DNA of 62,460 bases, filler included, from an uncultured bacterium (GTDB lineage Bacteria > JAGOEH01), in the NCBI GenBank assembly GCA_964632485.1. It is 10 parts of 10 records of this genome, joined end to end, with 100 filler letters (N's around TTAATTAATTAA, not from the genome) between each part and the next. Parts side by side here need not be neighbours in the genome. Positions count along the whole stretch, not along the records: positions 11,520 to 18,136 come from CAZWDO010000046.1; positions 18,237 to 24,216 come from CAZWDO010000047.1; 8 more parts are not named here. The stretch is one strand, 5' to 3'. The notes below the pieces were generated by a model. It saw nothing but the letters and a program-made list of their open reading frames with translations. It ran no database searches and was not told where the DNA came from. A program made the position numbers and the translations under genes. Of this stretch, positions 12,001-23,000 are shown piece by piece; position 1 is the stretch's first letter; every line of letters begins with the position of its first letter.

Positions 12001-12678
12001 ATGATGTTGATAGCCCACTGGTTTTCAAAAATTAGTTCCACCCCTAAAAGCGCTATTTCCTTCAATTTGCCTCAACTCAATCGAATTATTGAACTTTTAG
12101 AGAGTAGCGAAGCAAACTTTTTCAAACAAGATAAATATATCCGGGACATTATGCTTTCATGGAATCAAATCTATGTGTATCGCTATGCGTTGATGGGTTC
12201 AATCCGGATCGTTTTCGGTAAATTACTGCATGAAATATTGATGCATTTTGATCCTAACGGCACGATACAAAAACAGAATCCTGAAGCCAAAAAGAAAAAC
12301 AAGATAAAGGACGTTGAAATTATTGAAGAATTATATAATGGGGGAAAAATTTTAGAAAATGATAAAGAATTATTGGATAGTATCCGAATTAAGCTCAATC
12401 TTGCCGTTCATTACGATCCTTACAATCCTCAGGGAATCCCAATCTCCAGCGAAAAGGTCAAAGTATGTTTTGACTCTTTGCTGGAAGGGTTTGGGTTTTA
12501 TCTACGTCTTAAAAATGTTATTCCGCCAGTTGAATTGAATGCAGGGACCTCACCTGGCGAGAAAAGAAAAAAAGAGAAAGATATTAAAGAAAAGCCGGGT
12601 AACAGAAAAGATATTTTTTACGGGATTATAATTGCGATTCTAATCATCGCATTACTATGGGTTCTGCTTAGTAAATAG
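12001..12678 (+). CDS. Hypothetical protein with DUF4145/HEPN-like motif and C-terminal membrane anchor
   Basis: LDSIRIKLNLAVH resembles the IR..GN.A.H motif; Lys-rich linker; terminal hydrophobic helix. Confidence 0.45.
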   Translation: MMLIAHWFSKISSTPKSAISFNLPQLNRIIELLESSEANFFKQDKYIRDIMLSWNQIYVYRYALMGSIRIVFGKLLHEILMHFDPNGTIQKQNPEAKKKNKIKDVEIIEELYNGGKILENDKELLDSIRIKLNLAVHYDPYNPQGIPISSEKVKVCFDSLLEGFGFYLRLKNVIPPVELNAGTSPGEKRKKEKDIKEKPGNRKDIFYGIIIAILIIALLWVLLSK

Positions 12679-13106
12679 AAACCAATTTAAAAACTAAATC
12701 CTTCGAGGTTTTGGAATGGTTTAATCTCTTGTATCGGATACAAAACAGTTACAACCCTGGCAATAATAATCAATGAGTTTTTAACCAATTCACGGACAAC
12801 AATCTCACCCAAATCGAAATATCCGGCTCAACATTCAGGGAAAGGCTGAGGGTAATGGTTAGCTCTATTGTAACTCATTTTACAAATTTATTAAAATTAA
12901 TTGATGAGGATTAGTTGACATTTATTGAAAAACAGCTATATTATATTGAGACGATGTCAATGTTGCCGAACCCAACTTTATAATATCCACAGATGTTGAA
13001 ATCAGGAGGATATCAGGAATGATTAAACGCAATCTGAACGAAAAAAACGAATCCATCATCGCCCCAAACAGGTATTCCCTTAAATACCGGGCATCTAAGC
13101 GGTATT

Positions 13107-16019
13107 ATGACTGATAAAAGAGTAGCCGACCTATCTTTTCCAATTGTCGGCATCGGAGCGTCCGCGGGCGGACTGGAAGCATTGAAACTTTTTTTTTCAA
13201 ATGTTGACGTTTCATCGGCGATGGCTTATATTGTCGTTATCCACATCCCTCCAGACAAACCGAGTATGATGGCCGAAATCATTCAAAAAGTGTCGCCAAT
13301 AACCGTCACTACCGCCCAGGATGGCGAGATCGTCAAGCCTGATCATGTGTATGTAGTTCCTCCGGGTAAAATTATCCATATATTTCAATCAACCTTTCAA
13401 TTACTGGATATAACTAAAACCCAGCCCACGATGGCTATTGATAATTTTTTTTGTTCATTGGCCCTTGATAAAAAAGCGTCAGCAGCGGGGATTATTCTTT
13501 CCGGTACGGGAACAGACGGAACAATCGGGATTCAGGAAATTAAACGGGTTGATGGATTGGTGCTGGTGCAGACCGAGAAATCGGCGGCTTATGACGGAAT
13601 GCCCGGAAGCGCGATTGCCAGTGGAATTGCAGATGCCGTATGCAAACCGGAAGATATGCCGAAACTACTTCACCACTATTTCAACTATTTAATCCAGCTT
13701 GAGCATATCGAACCCCATTCCTCTGAAAACATCGAACAAAATTGGCTGAAAAAAATATTTTCACTCATTCGCGCGCGAACTGGCCATGACTTTGCAACCT
13801 ATAAAAAGAATACCCTTAAAAGACGTATTAATCGCAGAATGGGAATGAATTTTATCAACAAAAATGAACAATATATCCATTTTCTACAAGAAAATCCGAA
13901 CGAAGTCGATAAGCTTTTCCAGGAATTTCTGATAGGAGTGACCTCTTTTTTCCGGGATATAAAAGCGTATGATGCCCTTAAAACCGACATTCTGCCGGAT
14001 ATACTTTCAAAAATGGAAGATAATTCAACTTTTCGGGTGTGGGTTCCGGGATGCTCAACGGGTGAAGAAGTATATTCGCTGGCCATTATCATCAAGGAAG
14101 TGATTGAACGAATGCCTCAAAAGATCAATCTGCAACTTTTTGGCACCGATATCAACGAGTTTTCGATAGAAAAAGCCCGGATGGGCCTTTATCCTGAAAG
14201 TATCGCCAGGGATGTCGGTGAAGAGCGCTTGAAGAAATATTTCACCCAGGAAGGACATTTTTTCCGAACCCACAAAGAAATTCGCGAGAGCGCAATATTT
14301 TCAACTCAAAATGTTCTGGGAGATCCGCCTTTTTCCCGCTTAAATATGCTTAGTTGCCGCAATTTACTGATTTATTTTGATTCAGACGCCCAAAAAAAAA
14401 TAATGCCATTGTTCCACTATACACTCCAAAAAGACGGAATTCTTTTTCTGGGTACATCTGAAACTATTGGCAATTTCACCCATCTTTTTCATCCCCTGGA
14501 CAACCCCTATAAGATATTTAAACGGAAGGAAGTACCGCCATCACTGATCGGCTCGATCAATTTCCCCACAGGCTCAAACATGTCACTGGTAAAAACCAGT
14601 AGTCCCAAAGAAATCCCCCCATTTAAAAAAGAAACCGTCACAACATTAGCGCAGAGGGCAATTTTGGAGCAATTTACGCCCACATCGGTTCTGGTCGATC
14701 CCAGGGGAAATATTCTTCATATCCACGGGCACACCGGCAAATACCTCGAACATACCAGCGGCCCCCCCAGCCATAACATTATTGATCTGGCGCGCGAGGG
14801 ATTGCGGACAGAAATTTCGTTCGCCATCCGGAAATCCGCCTTAACTAAAAATCGAATTAGCCGTTATGGAATTATAGTTAAAACCGATACCGGCAATCAA
14901 TCTGTCAACCTCCATGTGATTTCACTCACACAACCACGGGAACTGGCCGATAATCTCATGGTGGTTTTTACCGATGCTGAAATGGAATCTGATTCCATTG
15001 AACAATCAGATACCCAGAGTGGTTCCGTGAATAAAAAACGGGAATTCCGGATTACTGAATTGGAACAGGAACTGCAGAATCTTCGGGAAAACCAGCAAAC
15101 AATAGTCGAAGAACTGGAATCATCCAATGAAGAACTTAAATCAACCAATGAGGAATTGCAGTCTTCCAATGAAGAACTGCAAAGCGCAAATGAAGAAATG
15201 GAGTCTTCAAAAGAGGAATTGCAGTCCATGAATGAGGAAATGCAGACGATGAATGCCGAACTCCAAAGTAAACTTGAAGAACTTTACTCCATTAAGGATG
15301 ATATGCGTAATTTGTTAAACGGAATCGAAATAGCGACAATTTTTGTAGATAATCAAATGCGCATTAAACGCTACAATGAAACCGCCACCCAGATTATTAA
15401 TTTAATCAATTCCGATATTGGCCGACCCCTGAAGCATATAGCCAACAACCTGGATTATGATACCATGTACTCCGATCTGCAGTCGGTTATTGATAAACTT
15501 GTCCCCTTTGAAACAGAAATCATGACAAAAAATCATACCTGGTACATCATGCGAATAGTGCCCTACCGGACGATTGATAATCGAATTGATGGTGCCGTCC
15601 TTACGTTTTCCAATATCAGCAACCAGAAAATAATCCAATACGAACTCGAAGAAAAAGAATTGCTATTGCGCGCAATTTTTGACATGAGCTCTTATCCGAT
15701 TGTAATCCTTGACGATCAAAATTCAGTAATAATCGCCAATAATTTTTTTTATCAGCTATTTCATATAACCACCGAAAATATTTTAGCGAAAGATTTTTTT
15801 TTACTCCAAAACAATATCTTTAAACATAGTAATTTGAAAAAGAAATTGGAGGATGCCCTGGTCGGGAAAGAAGATTTTATTTCAAGCCATTTCCGGCTTA
15901 ATGACGGAACAAGTTGTCAGGCTCAGGGCAAGATTATTCATTTGGAGAAAAAAAATTCCTATCATATTTTGCTGCAGTTTTTAACCGGCCATTCAAACGA
16001 AGAAAAAAATAATAACTAA
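13107..16019 (+). CDS. cheBR: CheB methylesterase/CheR methyltransferase fusion with coiled coil and PAS domains
   Basis: VGIGASAGGLEAL, ILSGTGTDG, RVWVPGCSTGEEVYS, SCRNLLIY and ELESSNEELKSTNEELQSSNEEL motifs. Confidence 0.95.
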   Translation: MTDKRVADLSFPIVGIGASAGGLEALKLFFSNVDVSSAMAYIVVIHIPPDKPSMMAEIIQKVSPITVTTAQDGEIVKPDHVYVVPPGKIIHIFQSTFQLLDITKTQPTMAIDNFFCSLALDKKASAAGIILSGTGTDGTIGIQEIKRVDGLVLVQTEKSAAYDGMPGSAIASGIADAVCKPEDMPKLLHHYFNYLIQLEHIEPHSSENIEQNWLKKIFSLIRARTGHDFATYKKNTLKRRINRRMGMNFINKNEQYIHFLQENPNEVDKLFQEFLIGVTSFFRDIKAYDALKTDILPDILSKMEDNSTFRVWVPGCSTGEEVYSLAIIIKEVIERMPQKINLQLFGTDINEFSIEKARMGLYPESIARDVGEERLKKYFTQEGHFFRTHKEIRESAIFSTQNVLGDPPFSRLNMLSCRNLLIYFDSDAQKKIMPLFHYTLQKDGILFLGTSETIGNFTHLFHPLDNPYKIFKRKEVPPSLIGSINFPTGSNMSLVKTSSPKEIPPFKKETVTTLAQRAILEQFTPTSVLVDPRGNILHIHGHTGKYLEHTSGPPSHNIIDLAREGLRTEISFAIRKSALTKNRISRYGIIVKTDTGNQSVNLHVISLTQPRELADNLMVVFTDAEMESDSIEQSDTQSGSVNKKREFRITELEQELQNLRENQQTIVEELESSNEELKSTNEELQSSNEELQSANEEMESSKEELQSMNEEMQTMNAELQSKLEELYSIKDDMRNLLNGIEIATIFVDNQMRIKRYNETATQIINLINSDIGRPLKHIANNLDYDTMYSDLQSVIDKLVPFETEIMTKNHTWYIMRIVPYRTIDNRIDGAVLTFSNISNQKIIQYELEEKELLLRAIFDMSSYPIVILDDQNSVIIANNFFYQLFHITTENILAKDFFLLQNNIFKHSNLKKKLEDALVGKEDFISSHFRLNDGTSCQAQGKIIHLEKKNSYHILLQFLTGHSNEEKNNN

Positions 16020-16142
16020 AAATATGATGCCATTGATTTATAAATCCTCATGACGATATATGGTGATTATTGTCCCATGTCATTTGTGGATTTTAAATCA
16101 ACCGCTACCCAGGGCGATTATCGAAAGTATAGGACATAAAAA

Positions 16143-16170
16143 GCTGGGAGAAACAAGCGTTCCTCCCAGC
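16143..16170. terminator. Stem-loop between convergent cheBR and MCP genes
   Basis: GCTGGGAG...CTCCCAGC, flanked by an A run (T run on the minus strand). Confidence 0.6.
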
Positions 16171-16204
16171 GGAGACATATAAAACTATTTAGTTAAAGAT
16201 GCAA

Positions 16205-18136
16205 TTAATACTTGCCGAACTCATCATCATCTAATTGAATGATATCATTGGGTTTAACGACTTTACTCGATTTTTCGGAAATCATGCCGCGATTTTGTTC
16301 GCCGGATTTTAGGGATTTAACCTCAGATTGAGAGGCATTGAATCGTCCCTGGTTTCGGCCGGAATCAGCGGAACCGCTGATGCGGAACCGGTTGATCATG
16401 GCGCGCAACTGCACAGCCTGGCCGGTCAGCTCCTCTGACGCTGCGGCGCTTTCTTCGGCATTGGCGGTATTCTGCTGGGTTACCTGGGAAATCTGATTGA
16501 GACCCTGGTTGATTTGGGTGATCGCCTGGGCCTGTTCATTGGATGCGGCTGCGATTTCACTGACGACATCACCGGTTTTAGTCGAACCCGACACGATTTC
16601 CGCCAACACTTCATTGGTTTTGGAAGAGATTTGCTGGCCGTTCTCGGCGCGCTTTACCGCGCCCTCGATCATTTCGGCCGTTTCCTTGGCTGCCTTGGCG
16701 CTGCGGGCCGCCAAATTGCGCACTTCCTCGGCTACTACGGCAAAACCCTTGCCGTGCCGTCCCGCGCGAGCCGCTTCCACCGCTGCGTTCAAGGCCAGCA
16801 GATTGGTCTGGAACGCTATTTCGTCAATCACTTTAATAATCTTCGAAATATTCTTGCTCGACTCATTGATCTCGGTCATGGCCTTCATCAAATCCTTCAT
16901 CTGGGAATTGCCCTGGGTGGCTTGTTCCTTGGCTTTTTGCGCCAGAGTGTTGGCCATATTGGCATTTTCCGCATTGGTCTTGGTTTGCGCCGCCACTTCC
17001 TGCATGGAGCTGGAGGTTTCTTCCAACGACGCTGCCTGTTCGGTCGCGCCCTGGGACAAGGACTGGCTGGCGTTCGATACCTGTTGGGAGCCGGATGCTA
17101 CCTGGTCGATAGCCACTTGCACAGCCGCTAATATCTGATTGATGTTATCCAGCGAGTTATTGAGCGCGTTTTTAATCAGCGTATGGTCTCCGCGATATTC
17201 ACCGCGCACGCGGCCGGTTAAATCGCCCTGCTCCATCAACTGCAATACGTTCACCGCTTCCTTGATCGGTCCCAATACCGAATCGAGGGTCCCGTTAACG
17301 CCCTCCACCATCTTGCGATAATCGCCCTGGTGTNNNNNNNNNNTGGTGTTTCATGGCGTCAGCGCGCGTGTCCAGTTTGCCCTCTATCGCGGCTTTGCCG
17401 AGCATCAGCGCATCGGCGACCAACGCATTCACAGCGTCAATACACTGATTCAGGTTATTTTTAATTTCGTTGAAATCGCCTTTGTAGGTATCGGTGATCC
17501 GGGGCGGAATATCGCCTTTACTGATGCGGTCAACGTACTCGGCGGCCACGTTCAACGGCCCGATCACCGAATCAAGTGTCCCGTTGACGCCCTCTACGAT
17601 TTTGCGGAAATCGCCCTGATGTTTGGTTGCGTCGGCGCGCGTATCCAGCTTGCCATCTATCGCGGCTTTACTGAGCATCACCGCATCCATGATCAGAGCT
17701 TTCAGATTGGCGCGCACTTGTTCAATCGTATTGTTGATAAAGACTTTCTTTCCGGGGAATTTCTCCAGCGGCGCCTCGAAATTGCCTTCGCCGAATTCCT
17801 TGAGGCATGCCATCGCTTTTTTCTTGACTTCAATATGGCCAAATACCATCTTGTTGACGCCATCGGCCATCTGGCGATACGCGCCCTGGAATTTTTCGAC
17901 AGCAATCTTGACATCGATATCACCCGCGTCATGTTCTTTCGACATATTGTTCATTTCGCCGATCAAGCCGTTCAAGGAATCGATGCACCCATTCAGGTTA
18001 TTTTTAATTTCGTTGAAATCGCCTTTATAGTTATCCGTGATCCTGGGCGGGATATCGCCTTTACTGATGCGGTCAACGTACTCGGCGGCCACATTCAAGG
18101 GACCGATCACCGAATCGAGGGTACCGTTGACGCCTT
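16205..18136 (-). CDS. Methyl-accepting chemotaxis protein with repeated HAMP modules; 5' partial, split by an N gap
   Basis: [36 protein letters not shown] signalling hairpin; repeated [19 protein letters not shown] units; DDDEFGKY tail. Confidence 0.95.
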
Positions 18137-18241
18137 NNNNNNNNNNNNNNNNNNNNNNNNNNNNNNNNNNNNNNNNNNNNTTAATTAATTAANNNNNNNN
18201 NNNNNNNNNNNNNNNNNNNNNNNNNNNNNNNNNNNNAATTA

Positions 18242-18316
18242 CAATATTTTAAAAATCAAGTCTTTTTTTACCGCTTGACTGAAATAGCCATCAAAATGGA
18301 GGCTGCATCATCATTT
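18242..18316 (-). repeat. Copy of the upstream/promoter region of the Rpn-like gene (matches 52423-52498)
   Basis: CAATATTTTAAAAATCAAGTCTTTTTTT..TGACTGAAATA..CTGCATCATCATTT occurs near both contig starts. Confidence 0.8.
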
Positions 18317-18555
18317 CCTATATTACCGGGAGTTTCGTCACAAAGAGTTGAAGATATCAGTTAACTCATTAAACGCCAATGAAAAATTTAGTTTAACACT
18401 GGTGGGGGCAAATCAACTGGTATTGAACTGGCGTAAATGCAACTCCTCAATAAAACGTGTGTGAATTTTACCGGGTTCGGTAATCATGGTTCGGGTAGAT
18501 TCCGTCGAATAAACAATCACCGCTTCTTCTAAGCAACACTGCATAAATATCTATA

Positions 18556-18780
18556 TTAAATTTGCCCAGATCCAGATCCAGATCCCGCGATACCGACCTG
18601 CAATGGACTTACCCGGCGCCCTTCTCTCCAATGCCAGCATATAATACGAAATCGCTTCATTAATTCCTTCAATCCATTCTTCAGTGATCGAGTTCCATGC
18701 TCTCTGGGTTTAATCCACCGCCATATTTATTCAACCGGGTTGTATTCCGGGGAATATGCCGGTAAATGAATCACCTTGAG
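18556..18780 (-). pseudogene. IS630-family transposase C-terminal remnant
   Basis: Manual translation LKVIHLPAYSPEYNPVE*IWRWIK, the DDE_3 motif with an in-frame stop. Confidence 0.85.
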
Positions 18781-18796
18781 GAAAGAGAATTGCCCA

Positions 18797-18846
18797 TGGA
18801 TTCCGGATCGGGGTCCGAAATGTCGGCAAAGATAGCGCGGAATGAC
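18797..18846 (+). repeat. Degenerate REP/RS3-like palindromic element
   Basis: TGGATTCCGGATCGGGGTCCGAAATGTC...CGCGGAATGAC matches the GATTCC..GGAATGAC repeat style. Confidence 0.5.
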
Positions 18847-19158
18847 AATGCATGAGCCCAGGAAAACCTAATAGTCCGGACAAATAATTTTAACTGCCAG
18901 GCAATCCGCGTGTTCAATGTATATTACCATAAAACCGACAGGAAGAACACATGAAAAAAACAGGACTAATCATGCGAATGCTCGCAACTGGCATTCATGC
19001 CTAATGACAAACTGACGCAAGCGCCTAAAGGGAAAAGGAAGAAACTCGAAAGCAACCAATCTGATCAATTTATTCTTGACTTTACACTTATATTATATTA
19101 AGTTAGTGTTGGTTTTATTTTCCGTTTTCTAATGAATCAACACAAGGGAGCGCTCGGG

Positions 19159-19383
19159 ATGATTCCAATCATTTCTAATCCGACTTATAATTCTATTCCA
19201 TTTATTGGCAATAGTTGGTCAAATACAGATGGTGGGCGCTCAGGAACGGCATATAGCAATGGTACATGATATATTGCAAATGATTTTTTGGATTCTAACA
19301 ATCAATGCGTGATTCAACTTAGCGGATTTCTTATATCTCCTTGCGGGATATATTCAACCAATCCAGAAAGCAGCGCTAAATGA
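19159..19383 (+). pseudogene. Short disrupted ORF overlapping the glycosyltransferase start
   Basis: ATG at 19159, internal TGA at 19267, final TGA overlapping the next ATG (ATGA). Confidence 0.3.
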
Positions 19384-20417
19384 GCCGAACGATTAAAATT
19401 CTCTTACTCGCGGATGCAAACGCAGAAAGCATCCAGGCACAGGACCGCGATGCGGCATCTTGGGCGAAATACCTCAATCCCACGAAGTATGATATCACCT
19501 TTTTTCTTACCGGATCGCCCCGGGAAGACCTCGATTCACGGCACAACATCCATTTTCTTGGATTATCGTCAAACCATTTCATTTTGCGTTTTCTTAAACA
19601 GATATTCATTCTTCTTTTTTCAAGACGATACAATTATATCATTGCCGGTAAAATCGATGAAATCTCCATGAGTTATCTGCTCCTACGCCGGATGTTTCGC
19701 GACCCGAAGCGACTGATATTCTGCATTGTCAACCGTTTTCCCTACCCCGGCAGCCGCGTATCCCGGATGATCATGAACCAAAGCGATCTGCCCATCGCCA
19801 TCAGCCGCCAGATTCAAGCGGACGTTCGGCAATATTGCGGCCGGGAAATTCCTCTCATCCATTTATCTTATGATACGTCGATGTTCAAAAATATTGAGCG
19901 ATTGTTATCTGGTAAAATACGCGTCGTCAACGTTGGCTCCATGTTGGTTCACAAACATCCGTTTCTGTTCGCCAATCTTGCCCGGGAATTTCCCGCAGCG
20001 GATTTTTATTGGATCGGCCATCGCGGCTATTATGAACAGATTCTCCGGAAAAAACAAAAAGAGCATATCGAGAATCTTCATTTGCCGGGAGTGATGAAAC
20101 AATCCGACCTGGCCGAGTTCCTTCCGACCTGCCATATATTTGTATCGACCTCCGTCCATGAGGGGTTTCCAAATGTCATTGTGGAAGCCATGGCTTGCGG
20201 ATTGCCGGTTATAGCCTTTGATTATTACGACCCGGAGATGATCGTCGATGGGCAAACCGGTTTTGCGGTTACTTCGGAATTTGAGATGATGGAAAAACTG
20301 AAACAACTGATCGAGGATGAAAAGTTGCGCTCTCGACTCGCACGCAACGCGCGCAATCGAGCGCTACAGTATGACGGCAATGTCAATATTCACGAATTGG
20401 AATCAATATTAAGTTAA
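19380..20417 (+). CDS. Glycosyltransferase family 4 (GT-B)
   Basis: FVSTSVHEGFPNVIVEAMACGLPVIA motif. Confidence 0.93.
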   Translation: MSRTIKILLLADANAESIQAQDRDAASWAKYLNPTKYDITFFLTGSPREDLDSRHNIHFLGLSSNHFILRFLKQIFILLFSRRYNYIIAGKIDEISMSYLLLRRMFRDPKRLIFCIVNRFPYPGSRVSRMIMNQSDLPIAISRQIQADVRQYCGREIPLIHLSYDTSMFKNIERLLSGKIRVVNVGSMLVHKHPFLFANLAREFPAADFYWIGHRGYYEQILRKKQKEHIENLHLPGVMKQSDLAEFLPTCHIFVSTSVHEGFPNVIVEAMACGLPVIAFDYYDPEMIVDGQTGFAVTSEFEMMEKLKQLIEDEKLRSRLARNARNRALQYDGNVNIHELESILS

Positions 20418-20727
20418 AGTCGATATGCCATTCTCGATTCATTATCCACTGCAGCGCATAATATTAGAGGGTATATTCAATATTGAAGCCTCACTGCTGC
20501 CCAAGATAAACTTTAGATTTTCACTCACTGAATCAACCGCGGTAAAAAAGATATGGCCGCGAGACGACCGGGAACTGTGAATTGTAATCTATGTAGAGGC
20601 ACGGGGAGAATTCGCGGAGAGAGGGTTCGAGTCAGGTTTCCACCCAGGCGTGGCCGACGAGCACGGGAGCCAGCCGGCCTTCGGACTTGGGCGAACCGCG
20701 GAAACCGGGCGGATCAATCGCCTGACG

Positions 20728-20751
20728 CTCCCCTTTCCGGCGAAAGGGGAG
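20728..20751 (-). terminator. GC-rich hairpin downstream of the porin gene
   Basis: CTCCCCTTTC-CGGC-GAAAGGGGAG perfect 10-bp stem. Confidence 0.6.
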
Positions 20752-20781
20752 ACTTGTCTTGACGAAAACCCGAAATCGGGT

Positions 20782-21426
20782 TCAGCGGCGATAATAACCG
20801 AACATCACCTCAAAGCTGTTGTTGTAGATCTCGTCGTTCGCTTTCGCATTCACCTTTTTCAGGCCGCGAACATAGCGAAAATCGACTGACAGGGTGTTCC
20901 TGTCATCCAGCATAAACCCGATGCGCCCGCCGAACGTCAGACCATAATCCGTTTTCTCCAGCTCGAATTCATCCTTGAAATTTGGTTCATCCTTATGAGA
21001 GTATTCATAGTCATCAGTAAAACGATAGTTAAACGTCGGCCCTATGAATACCTTTGGAAAAAGCGTTTTCCATTGCGGAAGAACATAATTAAATAATATT
21101 GGTATCTCCAAATAATCCGCGCTAATGGTTCTGGTAACCATTAGTGCGTTCCCGGGGGTGGCATTTACATTCAGAAATTCCTCAAATATCGCCCCTTTGA
21201 AACAATAAATGAAATCGATTTCCATACCATAATTCCGGTAAAATTTCCTATTATAAAAACCACCAATTTCATATTTTGAAATACCATTGAGATATTTACT
21301 TGACTCGACACCTTTTCCCGTATAATTTGAAGCGGTCAATCCAACAAATCCACCTATCTCAGCATACAGAACAGAATAGGATAAAATCATCATCAATGCC
21401 CACTCGGCAATAAAAAGCTTGCTCAT
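20782..21426 (-). CDS. Outer-membrane beta-barrel (porin family, OMP_b-brl_2-like)
   Basis: Signal peptide; DYLEIPILF, FIGP, DYGLTFGG, DFRYVRGL and terminal aromatic strand. Confidence 0.85.
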   Translation of the reverse strand: MSKLFIAEWALMMILSYSVLYAEIGGFVGLTASNYTGKGVESSKYLNGISKYEIGGFYNRKFYRNYGMEIDFIYCFKGAIFEEFLNVNATPGNALMVTRTISADYLEIPILFNYVLPQWKTLFPKVFIGPTFNYRFTDDYEYSHKDEPNFKDEFELEKTDYGLTFGGRIGFMLDDRNTLSVDFRYVRGLKKVNAKANDEIYNNSFEVMFGYYRR

Positions 21427-21461
21427 TTCATTTTACCTTGTTAAAGATGTTGACATGTGAC

Positions 21462-22631
21462 TTAATTGTTCACTTGTGAAAAATAACGCACTTGCATATC
21501 CCAGCCGGTTTTTTCCGATTTGATGTCATAATATCCATCCCATTGGCCCACATTCGAAAAGGTTTTTAGACCCCCGAAAACCCATTCATCCCAACTTACT
21601 ACCGTATCGTCGCCATCCGGCCAATCATCATCTTCCCATATTTTCGCGCGAACTTCACTATTCATGATATTAGAATCCCAATAATTTGTTTCATAATGCC
21701 AGACATTCCACCAGCCATCATCCTCCTCAACTGCCCAATCCGCATCCGGTATCCTGTGATTCTGTTCAATGTTATTGATTTTTACTTTTATATAGATTTC
21801 TGCCTGACCTTTTCCAGCAGGTTCGTGATCATCTCTTAACCAGAAATAATCAACAATTAAATCCCATGAATAATGCTCCTTAGATTTATAAAGCATGGAT
21901 TCTTGATAATTATTGTTATCTATCATCAGCATCGACCCGCTTTCGGTAAAATGCAATGAACGTAAATTGCCATCTTTATCGGTTCGTTCATTGATTCCGA
22001 GTACAACTATCGGAATATCCGTAGTTAAGTCAACATCAAGAATATGGCAAACGCCTTCACTGTCAAATGCTCTGAGTTCTTTCACCTCACTATCATTGAT
22101 TCCACATGGCCAAAAAGTCACCCAAGGCAATTGATGCTCGGTATTCCATTGTTCACAATGGACCGGGACGGCAATATTTAGTTTTGGAATCATTTTTGTC
22201 GCTTGAGCAAGTTTTTCACGGCATACATTTTTCTTCGTTTGATTTCCTTTCCCATATTGATAAGTAAGATAACCTTCAGCAAGTATATCGAGTAAAGTTT
22301 TCTCTCTTTTGAAAATCTTATTTTTGATGTTAGAATAAAGCATTTCATAATCGCCATCAAATTTTTTCAGCGCTTCTTGTTTGATTTCACATCGAAGTTC
22401 CTGATCCTTCAGAGCGATTGCAAGAGCGACAGACAGATTTTCTAAAGCCTGATTTGCTTTCTCGATATCAAATCGAGTATCGTTATCAATAATTTGTTCG
22501 AATTCATTTTGATTGTAATTACTTTTCTGCATAGACTTATTTTGTGATAGATCATTTTCTTTTGAACAATTAATCAACAAGAAAGTTATCATGATTATAA
22601 AAAGTCCATATATGCATCTGTGTCGATTCAT
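21462..22631 (-). CDS. Lipoprotein, DUF3103-like; paralog of 61292-61984
   Basis: Lipobox LINC; FDGDYE..LNIAVPV...AFD...VVLGINER shared with the paralog; Trp/Asp-rich C-terminal domain. Confidence 0.7.
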   Translation of the reverse strand: MNRHRCIYGLFIIMITFLLINCSKENDLSQNKSMQKSNYNQNEFEQIIDNDTRFDIEKANQALENLSVALAIALKDQELRCEIKQEALKKFDGDYEMLYSNIKNKIFKREKTLLDILAEGYLTYQYGKGNQTKKNVCREKLAQATKMIPKLNIAVPVHCEQWNTEHQLPWVTFWPCGINDSEVKELRAFDSEGVCHILDVDLTTDIPIVVLGINERTDKDGNLRSLHFTESGSMLMIDNNNYQESMLYKSKEHYSWDLIVDYFWLRDDHEPAGKGQAEIYIKVKINNIEQNHRIPDADWAVEEDDGWWNVWHYETNYWDSNIMNSEVRAKIWEDDDWPDGDDTVVSWDEWVFGGLKTFSNVGQWDGYYDIKSEKTGWDMQVRYFSQVNN

Positions 22632-22940
22632 TAGGCTACATCCTTTTAATTAAGTGTTTTAAAATAGAGTTTTTCCTTGTTAAATTACAGGGCAGTTTAA
22701 AAGATTTAATGATAGCGGCAGAACTCGGCATACATGAAATTGGCGCGACGGTGTTCGAACAAATATGCGAGCGGACGCAGAGCTATGGACCGCGCCCGCG
22801 CCACCAGCGGATGAGTGAGACATTTCAGGTAATAACGGCAGATAATTGAGATGCAACCGAGCGGAGAATGATGCCCCTCCTCGCGGTATATGAGACTCCC
22901 TGACGCGTAATCCGGGCTTCCAATGCTGCAACCCGCCCAA

Positions 22941-23000
22941 AACCGGAATTGACTGAACCTGACCGGAATTGACCGGAATTGACTGCACGTGATTGAACCT
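22941..23000. repeat. Six degenerate 10-bp tandem units (GACCGGAATT/GACTGAACCT)
   Basis: aaccggaatt gactgaacct gaccggaatt gaccggaatt gactgcacgt gattgaacct. Confidence 0.85.

Noticed and set aside
17344-18136. Internal DNA repeats in the MCP gene
   Set aside because: Ordinary poly-HAMP duplication.
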